Shown here piece after piece: positions 36,981 through 46,659 of a DNA stretch of 64,000 nt. The stretch comes from Dehalococcoidia bacterium (GTDB taxonomy: Bacteria; Chloroflexota; Dehalococcoidia; Bin125), in the NCBI GenBank assembly GCA_963662615.2, contig CAXXSR010000001.1, positions 192,001-256,000 of the forward strand, in the 5' to 3' direction. The first letter of the stretch is position 1. Each line of letters opens with the position of its first letter. A model generated the notes under the pieces. It searched no databases. It was given only the letters and a program-made list of their open reading frames with translations, and had not been told where the DNA came from. The position numbers were made by a program, and so were the translations under genes.

Positions 36981-38518
36981 TGCCCCGCGATCCCCGCCCG
37001 GGCGATGGCGAGGGCAAGGGTGAAGGCGCCGGGGCATCGCAAATCGATCCGTATCCGACGCTCGCCGGCGGGGCGGCGGGGCTCCGCGAGGGCCGTTTCA
37101 GCGCGACCCAACTCGCGCAAGCCGCTCTGGCCCGCATCGCCGCCGTCGATGACGAGATCAAAGCGTTTATCACCGTGATGGAGGAGGACGCGCTCGCCGC
37201 CGCCGCCGCCGCCGACCGCTCCCTCGCCAACGGCGACGCGGGGCCGCTCACAGGCATCCCCGTCGCCATTAAGGACCTAATCGCCATCAAGGGCGTCCGC
37301 ACCACCTGCGCCTCACGGATGCTGGAGCAGTATGTGGCCGTGGAGGACGCGTTCGTGATCCGCCAACTGCGGCAGGCGGGCGCGGTCCTCGTGGGCAAGA
37401 CCAACCTGGACGAATTCGCTATGGGCTCCTCCACCGAGCATTCGGCCTTCTTTCCCACCGCCAATCCCTGGGACGTGGAGCGCGTCCCGGGCGGCTCCTC
37501 GGGCGGCTCGGCTGCCGCCGTCGCGGCTGGGGAGGCGATCGTCTCCTTGGGCTCCGATACGGGCGGCTCCATTCGCCAGCCGGGCGCGTTCTGCGGTGTG
37601 GTGGGGATGAAGCCCACGTATGGCCGGGTCAGCCGCTACGGCCTGGTGGCGTTCGCCAGCTCCCTGGACCAGATCGGTCCCTTCGCCCGCACCGTCCAGG
37701 ACGCCGCCACGCTGCTGCAGGTGGTGGCCGGCCACGACCCGGCCGATTCCATCTCCGCCGACCTCCCCGTCCCGGACTTCGCCGCCGATCTCGACAAGGG
37801 CCTCGACGGCCTCACCGTGGCGGCGCCGCGGGAATATTTCGGCAAGGACGGCTCCACGGAGCCGGAGCGCATGCAACCGGACGTCGCGCAGGCGGTGGAG
37901 AGCGCCCTGGAGACGCTCACCGGCCTCGGCGCCACGATCGACCGCGACGCCTCCCTCCCCACGTCGGCGGATGCCTTGCCCGTCTACTACGTCATCGCCC
38001 CGTCGGAAGCCTCCGCCAACCTCGCCCGCTATGACGGTGTCACCTACGGCTACTCCTACCAGGAGGGCGACTCCATGTGGGAGGACATGGAGAAGACCCG
38101 GCAGCACGGCTTCGGCGACGAGGTCAAGCGCCGCATCATGCTGGGCACCTACGCCCTCTCCGCCGGCTACTACGACGCCTACTACCTCAAAGCGCAGAAG
38201 GTACGCACGCTGATCCGACGCGAATTCGCGCAGCTCTTCCAGCGCGCCCAGCTGATCGTGACGCCCACGGCGCCCACCGTCGCCTTCAAGCTGGGCGCCG
38301 TCACCGACCCCTACGAGATGTACCTGAACGACATCTTCACCATCCCCGTGAACATCGCCGGGCTCCCGGCCATCTCCATCCCTTGCGGCTTCGGCCGCGA
38401 CGGGCTGCCCGTGGGGCTGCAGCTCATCGCCAACAGCTGGGACGAGCAGACGCTCTTCCGCGCCGCCTACGCCTACCAGCAAGCCACCGACTGGCACACG
38501 AAGCACCCGCAACTCTAG
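36980..38518 (+). CDS. gatA: Asp/Glu-tRNA amidotransferase subunit A
   Basis: [50 protein letters not shown]. Confidence 0.97.
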   Translation: MPRDPRPGDGEGKGEGAGASQIDPYPTLAGGAAGLREGRFSATQLAQAALARIAAVDDEIKAFITVMEEDALAAAAAADRSLANGDAGPLTGIPVAIKDLIAIKGVRTTCASRMLEQYVAVEDAFVIRQLRQAGAVLVGKTNLDEFAMGSSTEHSAFFPTANPWDVERVPGGSSGGSAAAVAAGEAIVSLGSDTGGSIRQPGAFCGVVGMKPTYGRVSRYGLVAFASSLDQIGPFARTVQDAATLLQVVAGHDPADSISADLPVPDFAADLDKGLDGLTVAAPREYFGKDGSTEPERMQPDVAQAVESALETLTGLGATIDRDASLPTSADALPVYYVIAPSEASANLARYDGVTYGYSYQEGDSMWEDMEKTRQHGFGDEVKRRIMLGTYALSAGYYDAYYLKAQKVRTLIRREFAQLFQRAQLIVTPTAPTVAFKLGAVTDPYEMYLNDIFTIPVNIAGLPAISIPCGFGRDGLPVGLQLIANSWDEQTLFRAAYAYQQATDWHTKHPQL

Positions 38519-38525
38519 GTGTGTG

Positions 38526-39141
38526 ATGGACCAGAGACTCAGTGAGCTCATTTATCACGGTCGCGAGGAGCGTAACCTCGAAAACAAGACTGGCATGCCG
38601 TGGAACGCGGATCCGGACTACCGGGCAGAGGTCGCGGCGACGGCAATGGCAATGGCGAACATTCGCGACGGCGGAGTCATCGTGTTGGGGATCGGTCCGG
38701 ACACCTACCAACCAGCGCCTGGATCATGGGACACGTCTGGCTACACTCACGACATTATTGCCCGGTTCGTCAACGGCTACGCCTCGCCTGAGGTATCTCT
38801 GACGGTCACCGCCGTCCAGGATGATGAGCGACCGTTACCCAACGGGAACCTTCCAGACTTCGTCGTAATCGAGGTCCAGGAGTTCTTTGAGTATCCCGTC
38901 GTCTGTCGGCAGTCGGGGCAGGGTAAGCTTAAAGAAGGAGCGCTGCTCACCAGAGGCGTCGCTATGCATCAGACGCATGAGGTTTCACGAGAGGCCGAGA
39001 CACGCGAAATACTGGACCTAGCGGTTACAAAAGATGATGAGACGTCGGCGAGCTTGGCTGTCCGACGTTCAGCCTCCGCCCGATCTCCCCAGGCCCACCG
39101 ACGGCGAGCAATTCAATCGTGAACTTGAGGACTTCCGTTGA
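38526..39141 (+). CDS. AlbA_2 / Schlafen-like domain protein with an apparent +1 frameshift near 39030
   Basis: REERNLENK and AMAMANIRDGGVIVLGI are the AlbA_2 signature. As read it stops at 39122; the +1 frame continues to a TGA at 39139-39141 that overlaps the next gene's TTG start. Confidence 0.75.
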
Positions 39142-39836
39142 TTGAACTTGCGAGCATTAAGAATGAGCCTCACATGGCTCTTCGGATCCGCCCCCTGCCC
39201 TATCGCCGCGATCGTATGGAGGACATCGGCGAGGCCTGGCAAGTGGTAAAGAAGGCTCAGGTCAACTTAAGAGGATGGCCGTTCCCGTGGCTAACCGAAG
39301 GCGCGCGTGACGATCAGGGGGACGAAAAAGGGAATAACTACGTTGGCGCGTGGCTAGGTTGGACTCGAGAGGCAGGGAAATACAAAGAAAGTTGGCACTT
39401 CTACCTCTCAGGGCAGCTTGCTCACTATGCGACGTTGATGGAGGACGCAGTCGGCAAGTACCGCCGCAAGATCGAGACTATCGGACTTCTGTACACCATC
39501 ACGGAGTACTACGAGTTCGCGGCCAGGCTGGCGGAACAAGGAATTATCGATCAGGTGGCGCTGATCGAAGTGGCGCTGCGAAATGCAGACGGATACCGGC
39601 TGTTCACCCAGCACGGTATGCTGTCTCCCTATCAGTCTTTCTATGAACATGCGACGAGCAACCCGCAAATTGAGTTCGAGAGAAAAGTCGGTCGACAAAC
39701 ATTGCTCTCCTCACCACGAGAACCGGCTCTCAAGGATGCCGTGCGCATAATGCAACAGTTCGGCTTCAAAGAGCCGCCGATCCGAATCTTGGCGGAGGAG
39801 CAGCGGAAGCTCCTGGAGCGGCGCATCCTGGCGTAG
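39138..39836 (+). CDS. Hypothetical protein, partner of the AlbA_2 protein
   Basis: 232-aa ORF in an A/T-richer segment; LRGWPFP and SGQ motifs. Confidence 0.75.
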   Translation: MIELASIKNEPHMALRIRPLPYRRDRMEDIGEAWQVVKKAQVNLRGWPFPWLTEGARDDQGDEKGNNYVGAWLGWTREAGKYKESWHFYLSGQLAHYATLMEDAVGKYRRKIETIGLLYTITEYYEFAARLAEQGIIDQVALIEVALRNADGYRLFTQHGMLSPYQSFYEHATSNPQIEFERKVGRQTLLSSPREPALKDAVRIMQQFGFKEPPIRILAEEQRKLLERRILA

Positions 39837-39980
39837 GCAGGCGCACGCCCCTTCGTAGACGGCAGTCACCCCTCCCCATAGCATGAACGTCAGCGCTGCG
39901 GCCCGCGCTATCCCGCCCCCGTCGCTGCGGGCTCGTGCGACCCGCTCAGGCCGCGGTGCGGTTCGCGATTGGTGAAAAAC

Positions 39981-40460
39981 ATGGAACAGATCCTGCGGGC
40001 CCTGGAGCGCGACGGTCGCCTTACCCCCGCCCAGATCGCGGCGGAGACGGGACGATCGGAGGATGAGGTGCGCAACCTCATCGCGGAGGGAGAAGCGCGC
40101 CACTTCGTGCTCAGCTACGGCGCCAAGATCAACTGGGAGGCCGCCGGGCGCGACAGCGTCTACGCGCTCGTGGAGGTTCAGGCCCAGCCCGAGGAGAACG
40201 TCGGCTATAAGCCGGTTGCGGAGCGCGTGGCCCGCTTCGACGAGGTGCAGACCTGCTACTTCACGTCCGGCGAATACGACCTGGCCGTCATCGTCCGCGG
40301 CGAGTCCATGCACGAGATCTCGGACTTCGTGGGCGAGAAGCTGGCCACCATGCACGGGATCCAGCGCACCGTGACCCACGTGATCATGCGACGCTACAAG
40401 GAGGACGGCGTCAGCCTCCAGGGCGCCGACGCGAGTGACCGCCAGGCGGTCATGCTGTGA
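39981..40460 (+). CDS. Lrp/AsnC family transcriptional regulator
   Basis: ILRALERDGR HTH, SGEYDL, TVTHVIMRRYK; GTGA coupling to the aminotransferase. Confidence 0.92.
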   Translation: MEQILRALERDGRLTPAQIAAETGRSEDEVRNLIAEGEARHFVLSYGAKINWEAAGRDSVYALVEVQAQPEENVGYKPVAERVARFDEVQTCYFTSGEYDLAVIVRGESMHEISDFVGEKLATMHGIQRTVTHVIMRRYKEDGVSLQGADASDRQAVML

Positions 40461-41728
40461 GCGTCCCCCCGCCTCTCGATGGGGCCGAGCCCCTGCTGTC
40501 CAGCCCCGAGGCGACGACCAGCGGCCCGGCCGGCCCCGCGGGCTCTCGCAGCCGCGCCGACCAGCGCCTCTCGCAGCGCACCCGCGCCATCCCAGCTTCC
40601 GGCATTCGACGCTTCTTCGACATCGTCGCCTCCATGGACGACGTCATCTCGCTCGGCGTGGGCGAGCCCGACTTCGTCACCCCCTGGCCCATGCGCGATG
40701 CCGCCATCCGCGCCGTGGAGGCGGGCCACACCCACTACACCTCCAATTTCGGTCTGGCTGAGCTGCGCGAGAAGCTCGCCCTCCATCTGGAGCGGCTCTA
40801 CGGCCTGCGCTACGACCCCTACGGGGAGCTGCTCATCACGAGCGGGGTCTCCGAGGCGCTCGACGTGGCGATGCGCGCCGTCGTCGATCCCGGCGACGAA
40901 GTGATCCTGGCCGATCCGTCATACGTGGCGTACGGGCCCGCGGTCAGCCTCGCCGGCGGCATCCCCATCCTTGTGCCAACCCACGCCGGCGATGGCTTCG
41001 CCCTCGACCCAGCCGCCGTGGAGGCCGCGGTGGGCCCTCGCACCAAGGCGATCCTGCTCGGCTATCCCGCCAACCCTACTGGCGCCGTCATGTCGCGCGA
41101 GGCGCTCAACGCCGTGGCCCGAGTCGCCCTGCGGCACGACCTCCTCGTCATCTCCGATGAGATCTACGACCGCCTCGTGTACGGAGTCGCTCACACCGCG
41201 GTCGCCTCCTTGCCCGGCATGCGCGACCGCACCATCACCCTGGGCGGCTTCTCCAAGGACTACGCCATGACCGGCTGGCGCGTGGGCTACGTGGGCGCGC
41301 CCTACGGACTGCTCGACGGGATCGTGCAGATCCACCAATACGTGATGATGTCCGCCCCCACGGCGGCGCAGTACGCCGCGCTGGAGGCGCTCACGAGCGG
41401 CGAGGAGTACGTCGTCACGATGCGTGAGGAGTACGACCGCCGCCGCCGGCTCATGTACCAGGGCTTCAGCCAGATCGGGCTGTCCTGCGTAGAGCCCCTG
41501 GGCGCCTTCTACTGCTTTCCCAACGTCACCGCGACCGGCCTGGACGACGAGACGTTCGCCGAGGAGCTGCTGTTGCAAGAGCGGGTCGCCGTCGTGCCCG
41601 GTTCCACCTTCGGCGAGGGTGGACGGGGCCACGTGCGGGCCTGCTACGCCACCGCCTACTCCGACATTGAACGGGCGCTGGAGCGGATCCGGCGCTTCGT
41701 CAGCGCGCGCAGTCCCGGAAGCAAATAG
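40457..41728 (+). CDS. PLP-dependent aminotransferase class I/II
   Basis: SGIRRFFD, LGVGEPDF, PANPTG, SDEIY, GFSKDYAMTGWRVG. Confidence 0.95.
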   Translation: MSVPPPLDGAEPLLSSPEATTSGPAGPAGSRSRADQRLSQRTRAIPASGIRRFFDIVASMDDVISLGVGEPDFVTPWPMRDAAIRAVEAGHTHYTSNFGLAELREKLALHLERLYGLRYDPYGELLITSGVSEALDVAMRAVVDPGDEVILADPSYVAYGPAVSLAGGIPILVPTHAGDGFALDPAAVEAAVGPRTKAILLGYPANPTGAVMSREALNAVARVALRHDLLVISDEIYDRLVYGVAHTAVASLPGMRDRTITLGGFSKDYAMTGWRVGYVGAPYGLLDGIVQIHQYVMMSAPTAAQYAALEALTSGEEYVVTMREEYDRRRRLMYQGFSQIGLSCVEPLGAFYCFPNVTATGLDDETFAEELLLQERVAVVPGSTFGEGGRGHVRACYATAYSDIERALERIRRFVSARSPGSK

Positions 41729-41764
41729 CGGACACAGCGTTCGCCGGCCGGCTGCACGCTTCCC

Positions 41765-42670
41765 TCAGCCGCTCGCGCTGCCTCCGTCCGACCCGGCGCC
41801 TCCGTCCAACCCGGCGCCGCTATCCGTCCCGACGCCGAGGCCGCCCAGCCGGTCGGCCATGGAGCGGGCCACGTTCGCCAGCTCCATGGGGATCACCCAC
41901 TTGGTGCTTGCGCTCTCTCCCAGCGACCGCATCATGTCGAGGTACTGCAGGCCCATGGTGTTCGCGGCCGCGCCCTGCGCTTCGGCGTTGATCTTCTGCA
42001 GCGCCAGCGCGAACCCCTCCGCCTCCAAGATCTGCGCCTCCCGGCGGCCCTGCGCCGCCAGGATCCGCGCCTCCCGTTGGCCCTCCGCCTCCAGGATGGC
42101 CGCGCGCTTGTCCCCTTGCGCCACGTTGATCGCCGCGTCCCGTATCCCCTCCGACTCCGTAATCTGCGCCCGCCGCGTCCGCTCCGCCGACATCTGCCGC
42201 GTCATCGCTTCCTGGATGCGGGGCGGCGGAAGGATCTCCCGGATCTCCACCGCCGTCACCTTCACTCCCCAGCGGTCGGTCACTTCGTCCAGCTTTGTCT
42301 GCAAGATGCTATTGATGTACTCGCGCCGCGACAGCACATCGTCCAGCGAGAGGTCGCCGATCACCGCCCGCAGCGTGGTCGTCGCCAGCTGCCGTACCGC
42401 GAAGCGATAATCCGTCACCTCCAGCACCACCCGCTCCGCTACCGGCTCCATCACCCGCATGTAGACCACGAAGTCCACATCCACGTTCGCATTGTCTTTG
42501 GTGATGTTCTGCTGCGGGGGGACGTCAAACGGCTCTTCCCGCAGGTCCACCTTCTTCGCCTGGTGGATGATTGGGATGACGATCACGATCCCCGGCCCCA
42601 TCATCCCTAGATACTTACCGAACTTGAACTTCGCCAGACGCTCGTATTCCTTGACAATTCGCAGGACCAC
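41765..42670 (-). CDS. SPFH/Band 7 (stomatin-like) protein
   Basis: VKEYER, VDLRE, ITKDN, TTLRAVIG, TDRWGVKV, QMSAER. Confidence 0.92.
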   Translation of the reverse strand: MVLRIVKEYERLAKFKFGKYLGMMGPGIVIVIPIIHQAKKVDLREEPFDVPPQQNITKDNANVDVDFVVYMRVMEPVAERVVLEVTDYRFAVRQLATTTLRAVIGDLSLDDVLSRREYINSILQTKLDEVTDRWGVKVTAVEIREILPPPRIQEAMTRQMSAERTRRAQITESEGIRDAAINVAQGDKRAAILEAEGQREARILAAQGRREAQILEAEGFALALQKINAEAQGAAANTMGLQYLDMMRSLGESASTKWVIPMELANVARSMADRLGGLGVGTDSGAGLDGGAGSDGGSASG

Positions 42671-42816
42671 AGGAGCCCTCCTTCTCGATCCGCCGCGCCT
42701 CTCTGGGCGCGTGTCGCAGTGAGTGTACCCGTGCCCGTCAACCGGCGCCCCTCCTGATGCATCGCCGGCGCTTCTCTACAATGAAGCCGGTCTGACGGGA
42801 GCGCGCTCCACCCCCC

Positions 42817-43707
42817 ATGTCCAACGGTCCGCTCCGACGCCGTCCCTCTCGCATTCCCTTCCGCCGCCGGCGCGGCTGGGCCTGGGTGCGCCTGCTCCGC
42901 CCCGTCGCGACGCTCACCGGGACCGCCACCGCCGTCGCCTTCGCCTTTATCCTCGAGGACGGCACACCCACCTGGCACGAGGCGCTGCGCGTGGGCGTGG
43001 TCATGGCGGCGGTGCTCGGCTCCGCCGCCACTCTGAACGACATCCTCGATCTCGACCACGACCGTGACGCGCACATTTGGCGCCCCCTCCCCGCTGGACT
43101 GGTACGGTCAGAGCAGGCATGGCGCCTCGCGCTCGTGCTCGCCGTCGTTTCCGTGGCCGCCAGCGCGACGCTGGGCTGGCGCTCCTTCCTGCTCACGACC
43201 GCCGGCCTCAGCCTGGCCTACGTGTACAGCGCCCGCCTCAAAGCCACCCCCCTCTCCTGGCTGCCGCTGGCCCTGGCCTTCGCGATCGTCCCCGTCTGGG
43301 TGGCGGACTCCGTGGACCGCTTCGACGACGTGCTCTGGTGGTCGTTGCCCGTGGGCCTCGCAGGCGGCATCGCCATGCACCTCGCCCTGAAGCTCCCGGA
43401 CTACGAACGCGATGACGAGGAGAGGAGTCGCAACGTCCTCCACTGGTTTACCATTGACTACGCGTTGCCGGTTACCTGGGGCGCCGTGGGCGTCTACATC
43501 GTGGTCGCGGTCGCCTCGGCGAACATCGAGAATCTGCGCGTGGAGTGGCTGGCGCCGCCCGTCGCCATCGCCCTCTCTCTCACGCTCGCCATGATGGTGG
43601 CGCTCTCCTTTCGCGTCACGGAGCGGCGCTTGCTCGTGCAACGATGGCTCGTGGGCGGCGCGGTGGTCGCCCTCTCCTTTGGCTGGCTCGGCTCAATCAT
43701 CCCTTGA
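42817..43707 (+). CDS. UbiA family prenyltransferase
   Basis: LNDILDLDHDR, RPLPAG, YS..LK, LPDYERD; multi-TM. Confidence 0.85.
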   Translation: MSNGPLRRRPSRIPFRRRRGWAWVRLLRPVATLTGTATAVAFAFILEDGTPTWHEALRVGVVMAAVLGSAATLNDILDLDHDRDAHIWRPLPAGLVRSEQAWRLALVLAVVSVAASATLGWRSFLLTTAGLSLAYVYSARLKATPLSWLPLALAFAIVPVWVADSVDRFDDVLWWSLPVGLAGGIAMHLALKLPDYERDDEERSRNVLHWFTIDYALPVTWGAVGVYIVVAVASANIENLRVEWLAPPVAIALSLTLAMMVALSFRVTERRLLVQRWLVGGAVVALSFGWLGSIIP

Positions 43708-43821
43708 CTTGGAGCACGGCTTAATTGCGCTGAGTGCCCCTCGCTCGCGACGCGCACCGCTGAAAGATCGGCCGGCTTGGCTCGATCACCCCCCGACCGC
43801 CTATGTAATTGTTCTTAACAG

Positions 43822-44310
43822 TCACCGTAGCCGCAGGCCAAGCATACGGAGCACCTGATACAGGTTTTCGCGAGGTATGCCGAAGTGATCGCATACGTTT
43901 GGGATCTTCACCCTTTTCGCTCCGATTCCCTTCTTTACCTCAAAGGTTACGACTTGGCCCCCGTGTGTCAGCGCGTGCGATATCAGCCATGGATCTGCGC
44001 CCCTCAGAAACAGCGCCGCTTCAGGGGCCGCATAGCTGCTGTTCACATGGTCCGCAACTCGCTGAAACGATCTCTGAACGGATTCGTCAGGCGTTACAAA
44101 AAGGCCAATGTCTTTTCTCTGCTTCGCCCACTGAGCGAGTTCGTCATCCGCTTCCGTGACAAGCTCGTCATACACGAGCGTAGACGTTGCGATGATGCCT
44201 TCCGTCGCCTTTTGTTCAATGAAAGCCCAGAAACCAGGAGCAATGTCGAAGCCATACGAACCATTCTTTGAGCTGATGAAGATGTCCGCGTCGAGCCAGT
44301 AGTCAACCAT
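43822..44310 (-). CDS. DUF4411 family (PIN-like) protein
   Basis: YWLDADIFI..KN.SY.FD..PGFW, VYDEL, ADPWLI, VVTFE, KIPNVC. Confidence 0.85.
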   Translation of the reverse strand: MVDYWLDADIFISSKNGSYGFDIAPGFWAFIEQKATEGIIATSTLVYDELVTEADDELAQWAKQRKDIGLFVTPDESVQRSFQRVADHVNSSYAAPEAALFLRGADPWLISHALTHGGQVVTFEVKKGIGAKRVKIPNVCDHFGIPRENLYQVLRMLGLRLR

Positions 44311-45484
44311 GAGACGCGCCCCCGAAGAGGCGTTCCGCAATGCCGCTCAACGTGCCGGAGCTCACGTTCAGCAGGTGGGCAGCATCCCTGTGAAGGACGC
44401 TCCCCTCGGCCACTGCGCTCATCAGAGCTTGCGTCAATGTGCTGCTATTCCGGGCAAATAGCGTGGCGTAGAAATCGCCTCCACCCCCACCACTGGCCTT
44501 CCCGCGTTGCCATCGTTCCTGCAGCCGGTTGTAGTAATCCCAAAACGTAGATCTGCGAATCTTGTCAAGGTCATAGGCGCGGCGCAGCACCACCATGGAG
44601 CTCACCCGGTATCTGGCTGCCACAGATTGCACGTTTGTGTCAACGGGTGCGCCATCGTTCCATTGTTCCAAGAACTGACGGGCAGGCAGCAGCGTTTCCG
44701 CAGCGGCGCCGTTACAAACTCGTTCAGTGATGTTGTTCTGCTCAGCGGCGGTGCGGCGGTAGTCAGGGTTGGAAACCCCGCTGCTTCCAATCCAAAGGTG
44801 AGCTAACTCGTGCGCCAGAGTGAAGATCTGAGCCGCCTTGGCGTCCTGCCCATTTATGAAGACAAGTGGCGCAAGATCGTCACTTACCGAGAAGCCGCGG
44901 AATTCCTCTACGTTCAGCTTCCGGTGGGTATTGTTTTCAACTACGCCACTTCGGAGTACGAGTACCCCTCGCTCCTCGGCGCGCCGAATGACCAGGCGCA
45001 GGAAATCCTCCCAGCCCCTAGCCGCCTCGCGCAGGTCATCGTTGATCCCTAAGGTCTTACGGACATCGCTGGCAATCGTTTCGGGATCGTCCTGGAGCGA
45101 GTATCTGCCAATGAACGGTATGGGATCGGCTTCTTCAACCTCGAGATACTCGTGGTACCACTGCTGTTTCCTCAAGACGTCATTCAAAAGATCAGTCAGA
45201 TCGGAGCTTGGCGTTCCCGGCGGTTCGTCGGCAACCGTTCGCAGGTCAGGCAGGGGGAGCGCTTCGGAGGGGCGTGCGGAGAGGAAGAAGTAACCAAACG
45301 GGATGTTGAGTTTCTGCGCTAGATTCTTCGCCTGAACAAATGTGGGGCGTTTGGCGCCGTTCTCCCACGCTGCAAGCCTCTCCGGCTTAACCTTGACTCG
45401 TTCTGCAGCAGCTTCGGTCGTCAGGTGCTCCCGCTCAAGAGCCCAGCGCAAGATATCTCGGTTGATGAAAGCTTCCGTCGTCAT
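44303..45484 (-). CDS. XRE-HTH plus ImmA/IrrE family metallopeptidase
   Basis: N-terminal HTH (WENG..PT), LPDLRT, EFRGF, FTLAHELAHLW, E..CN..AAE.L. Confidence 0.92.
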   Translation of the reverse strand: MTTEAFINRDILRWALEREHLTTEAAAERVKVKPERLAAWENGAKRPTFVQAKNLAQKLNIPFGYFFLSARPSEALPLPDLRTVADEPPGTPSSDLTDLLNDVLRKQQWYHEYLEVEEADPIPFIGRYSLQDDPETIASDVRKTLGINDDLREAARGWEDFLRLVIRRAEERGVLVLRSGVVENNTHRKLNVEEFRGFSVSDDLAPLVFINGQDAKAAQIFTLAHELAHLWIGSSGVSNPDYRRTAAEQNNITERVCNGAAAETLLPARQFLEQWNDGAPVDTNVQSVAARYRVSSMVVLRRAYDLDKIRRSTFWDYYNRLQERWQRGKASGGGGGDFYATLFARNSSTLTQALMSAVAEGSVLHRDAAHLLNVSSGTLSGIAERLFGGASHG

Positions 45485-45654
45485 GATCGGACGGTTCTCC
45501 GCTTAGCAACGCGCACAGGCGCGTTTTGTCTCCTCAGTTGTCGCGACCAGCTGCACCGAGACGGCGGTAGGCCCATGCTCCTCCGCCGCGGCCAGCGTGC
45601 ATCCGGCACTGGTCCGTACCCCTTTGGCGCCCATGACTTCTGGCCAAACGGTTT

Positions 45655-46659
45655 CTAGAAGTAGTGCAGCTTCAGCGCGCTCCGCACTTCCGCCATCGTC
45701 TCTTCGGCCACAGCCTTGGAGTATTCGCTGCCTCTCCGCAGCGCCTCCTTCACCAACTCTGGGCGCGCCTCGTAATACTGGCGCTTCTCGCGGATCGGAT
45801 CGAGGAACGCGTTGAGAGCTTGCGACAACTTCTGTTTCACCTCCACGTCGCCCACCCGGCCGGCGCGGTAGCGCTCTTTCAGATCGTTCACCTCGTCTAC
45901 GTCCGGGTTGAACGCGTCGTGGTACATGAACACCGGATTCCCCTCCACGTGCCCGGGATCGGTCACGTGGATCCGAGTCGGATCGGTGAACATGCCCCGT
46001 ACTTTTTCGTTCACCGTTTGCGCGTCATCGCCCAGACAGATCGCGTTGTCCAGCGACTTGCTCATTTTCGCGCTGCCATCCGTGCCCACCAACCTGGCGA
46101 CTCGCCCCACGAGCCCTTCAGGCACCGGGAAGATGTCCGCGAACAGCCGGTTGAACCGTCGTGCCACCTCCCGCGTCATCTCAATGTGCGGCATCTGGTC
46201 TTCGCCCACCGGCACCAGGTGCGCCTTGGGCATGAGGATGTTGGCCACCTGCAAGATCGGGTAGGTGAAGAACGCCACGGGGATTGAGTCCGAACCCAAC
46301 TCCTCCATCTCCGCCTTTAACGTGGGGTTTCGCTGCAGCCGCCCCAGCGGCACCCACCAACTGAGCCACATCGCCAGCTCCGCGTGCTCCGGGATGAACG
46401 ACTCAACGGTGAAGTGGCTCTTTTCGGGGTCGAGCCCCACCGCCAGCCAGTCCAGCGCCACTTCAAATACCGACTCCCGCACCACGTCAAGGTCGTCCGC
46501 CTTGTCCGAGACCTGGTAATCCGCGATCAGGAAGAAGCACTCGTAGTCGTTCTGCAGCCGCACCCAGTTCTCCAGCGCTCCGCCGTAATGGCCCAGGTGC
46601 AGCGCTCCGGTGGGCCGTATGCCCGTCAAGATGCGCTTGCGGTCGCCGCCGTCCGCCAT
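45655..46659 (-). CDS. trpS: Tryptophan--tRNA ligase
   Basis: [25 protein letters not shown]. Confidence 0.96.
   Translation of the reverse strand: MADGGDRKRILTGIRPTGALHLGHYGGALENWVRLQNDYECFFLIADYQVSDKADDLDVVRESVFEVALDWLAVGLDPEKSHFTVESFIPEHAELAMWLSWWVPLGRLQRNPTLKAEMEELGSDSIPVAFFTYPILQVANILMPKAHLVPVGEDQMPHIEMTREVARRFNRLFADIFPVPEGLVGRVARLVGTDGSAKMSKSLDNAICLGDDAQTVNEKVRGMFTDPTRIHVTDPGHVEGNPVFMYHDAFNPDVDEVNDLKERYRAGRVGDVEVKQKLSQALNAFLDPIREKRQYYEARPELVKEALRRGSEYSKAVAEETMAEVRSALKLHYF

Noticed and set aside
41765-42670. SPFH protein lacking an N-terminal TM helix as a truncation
   Set aside because: A strong RBS (AAGGAGG) precedes the GTG, and stomatin-like proteins can anchor by an internal hydrophobic hairpin (GIVIVIPII).
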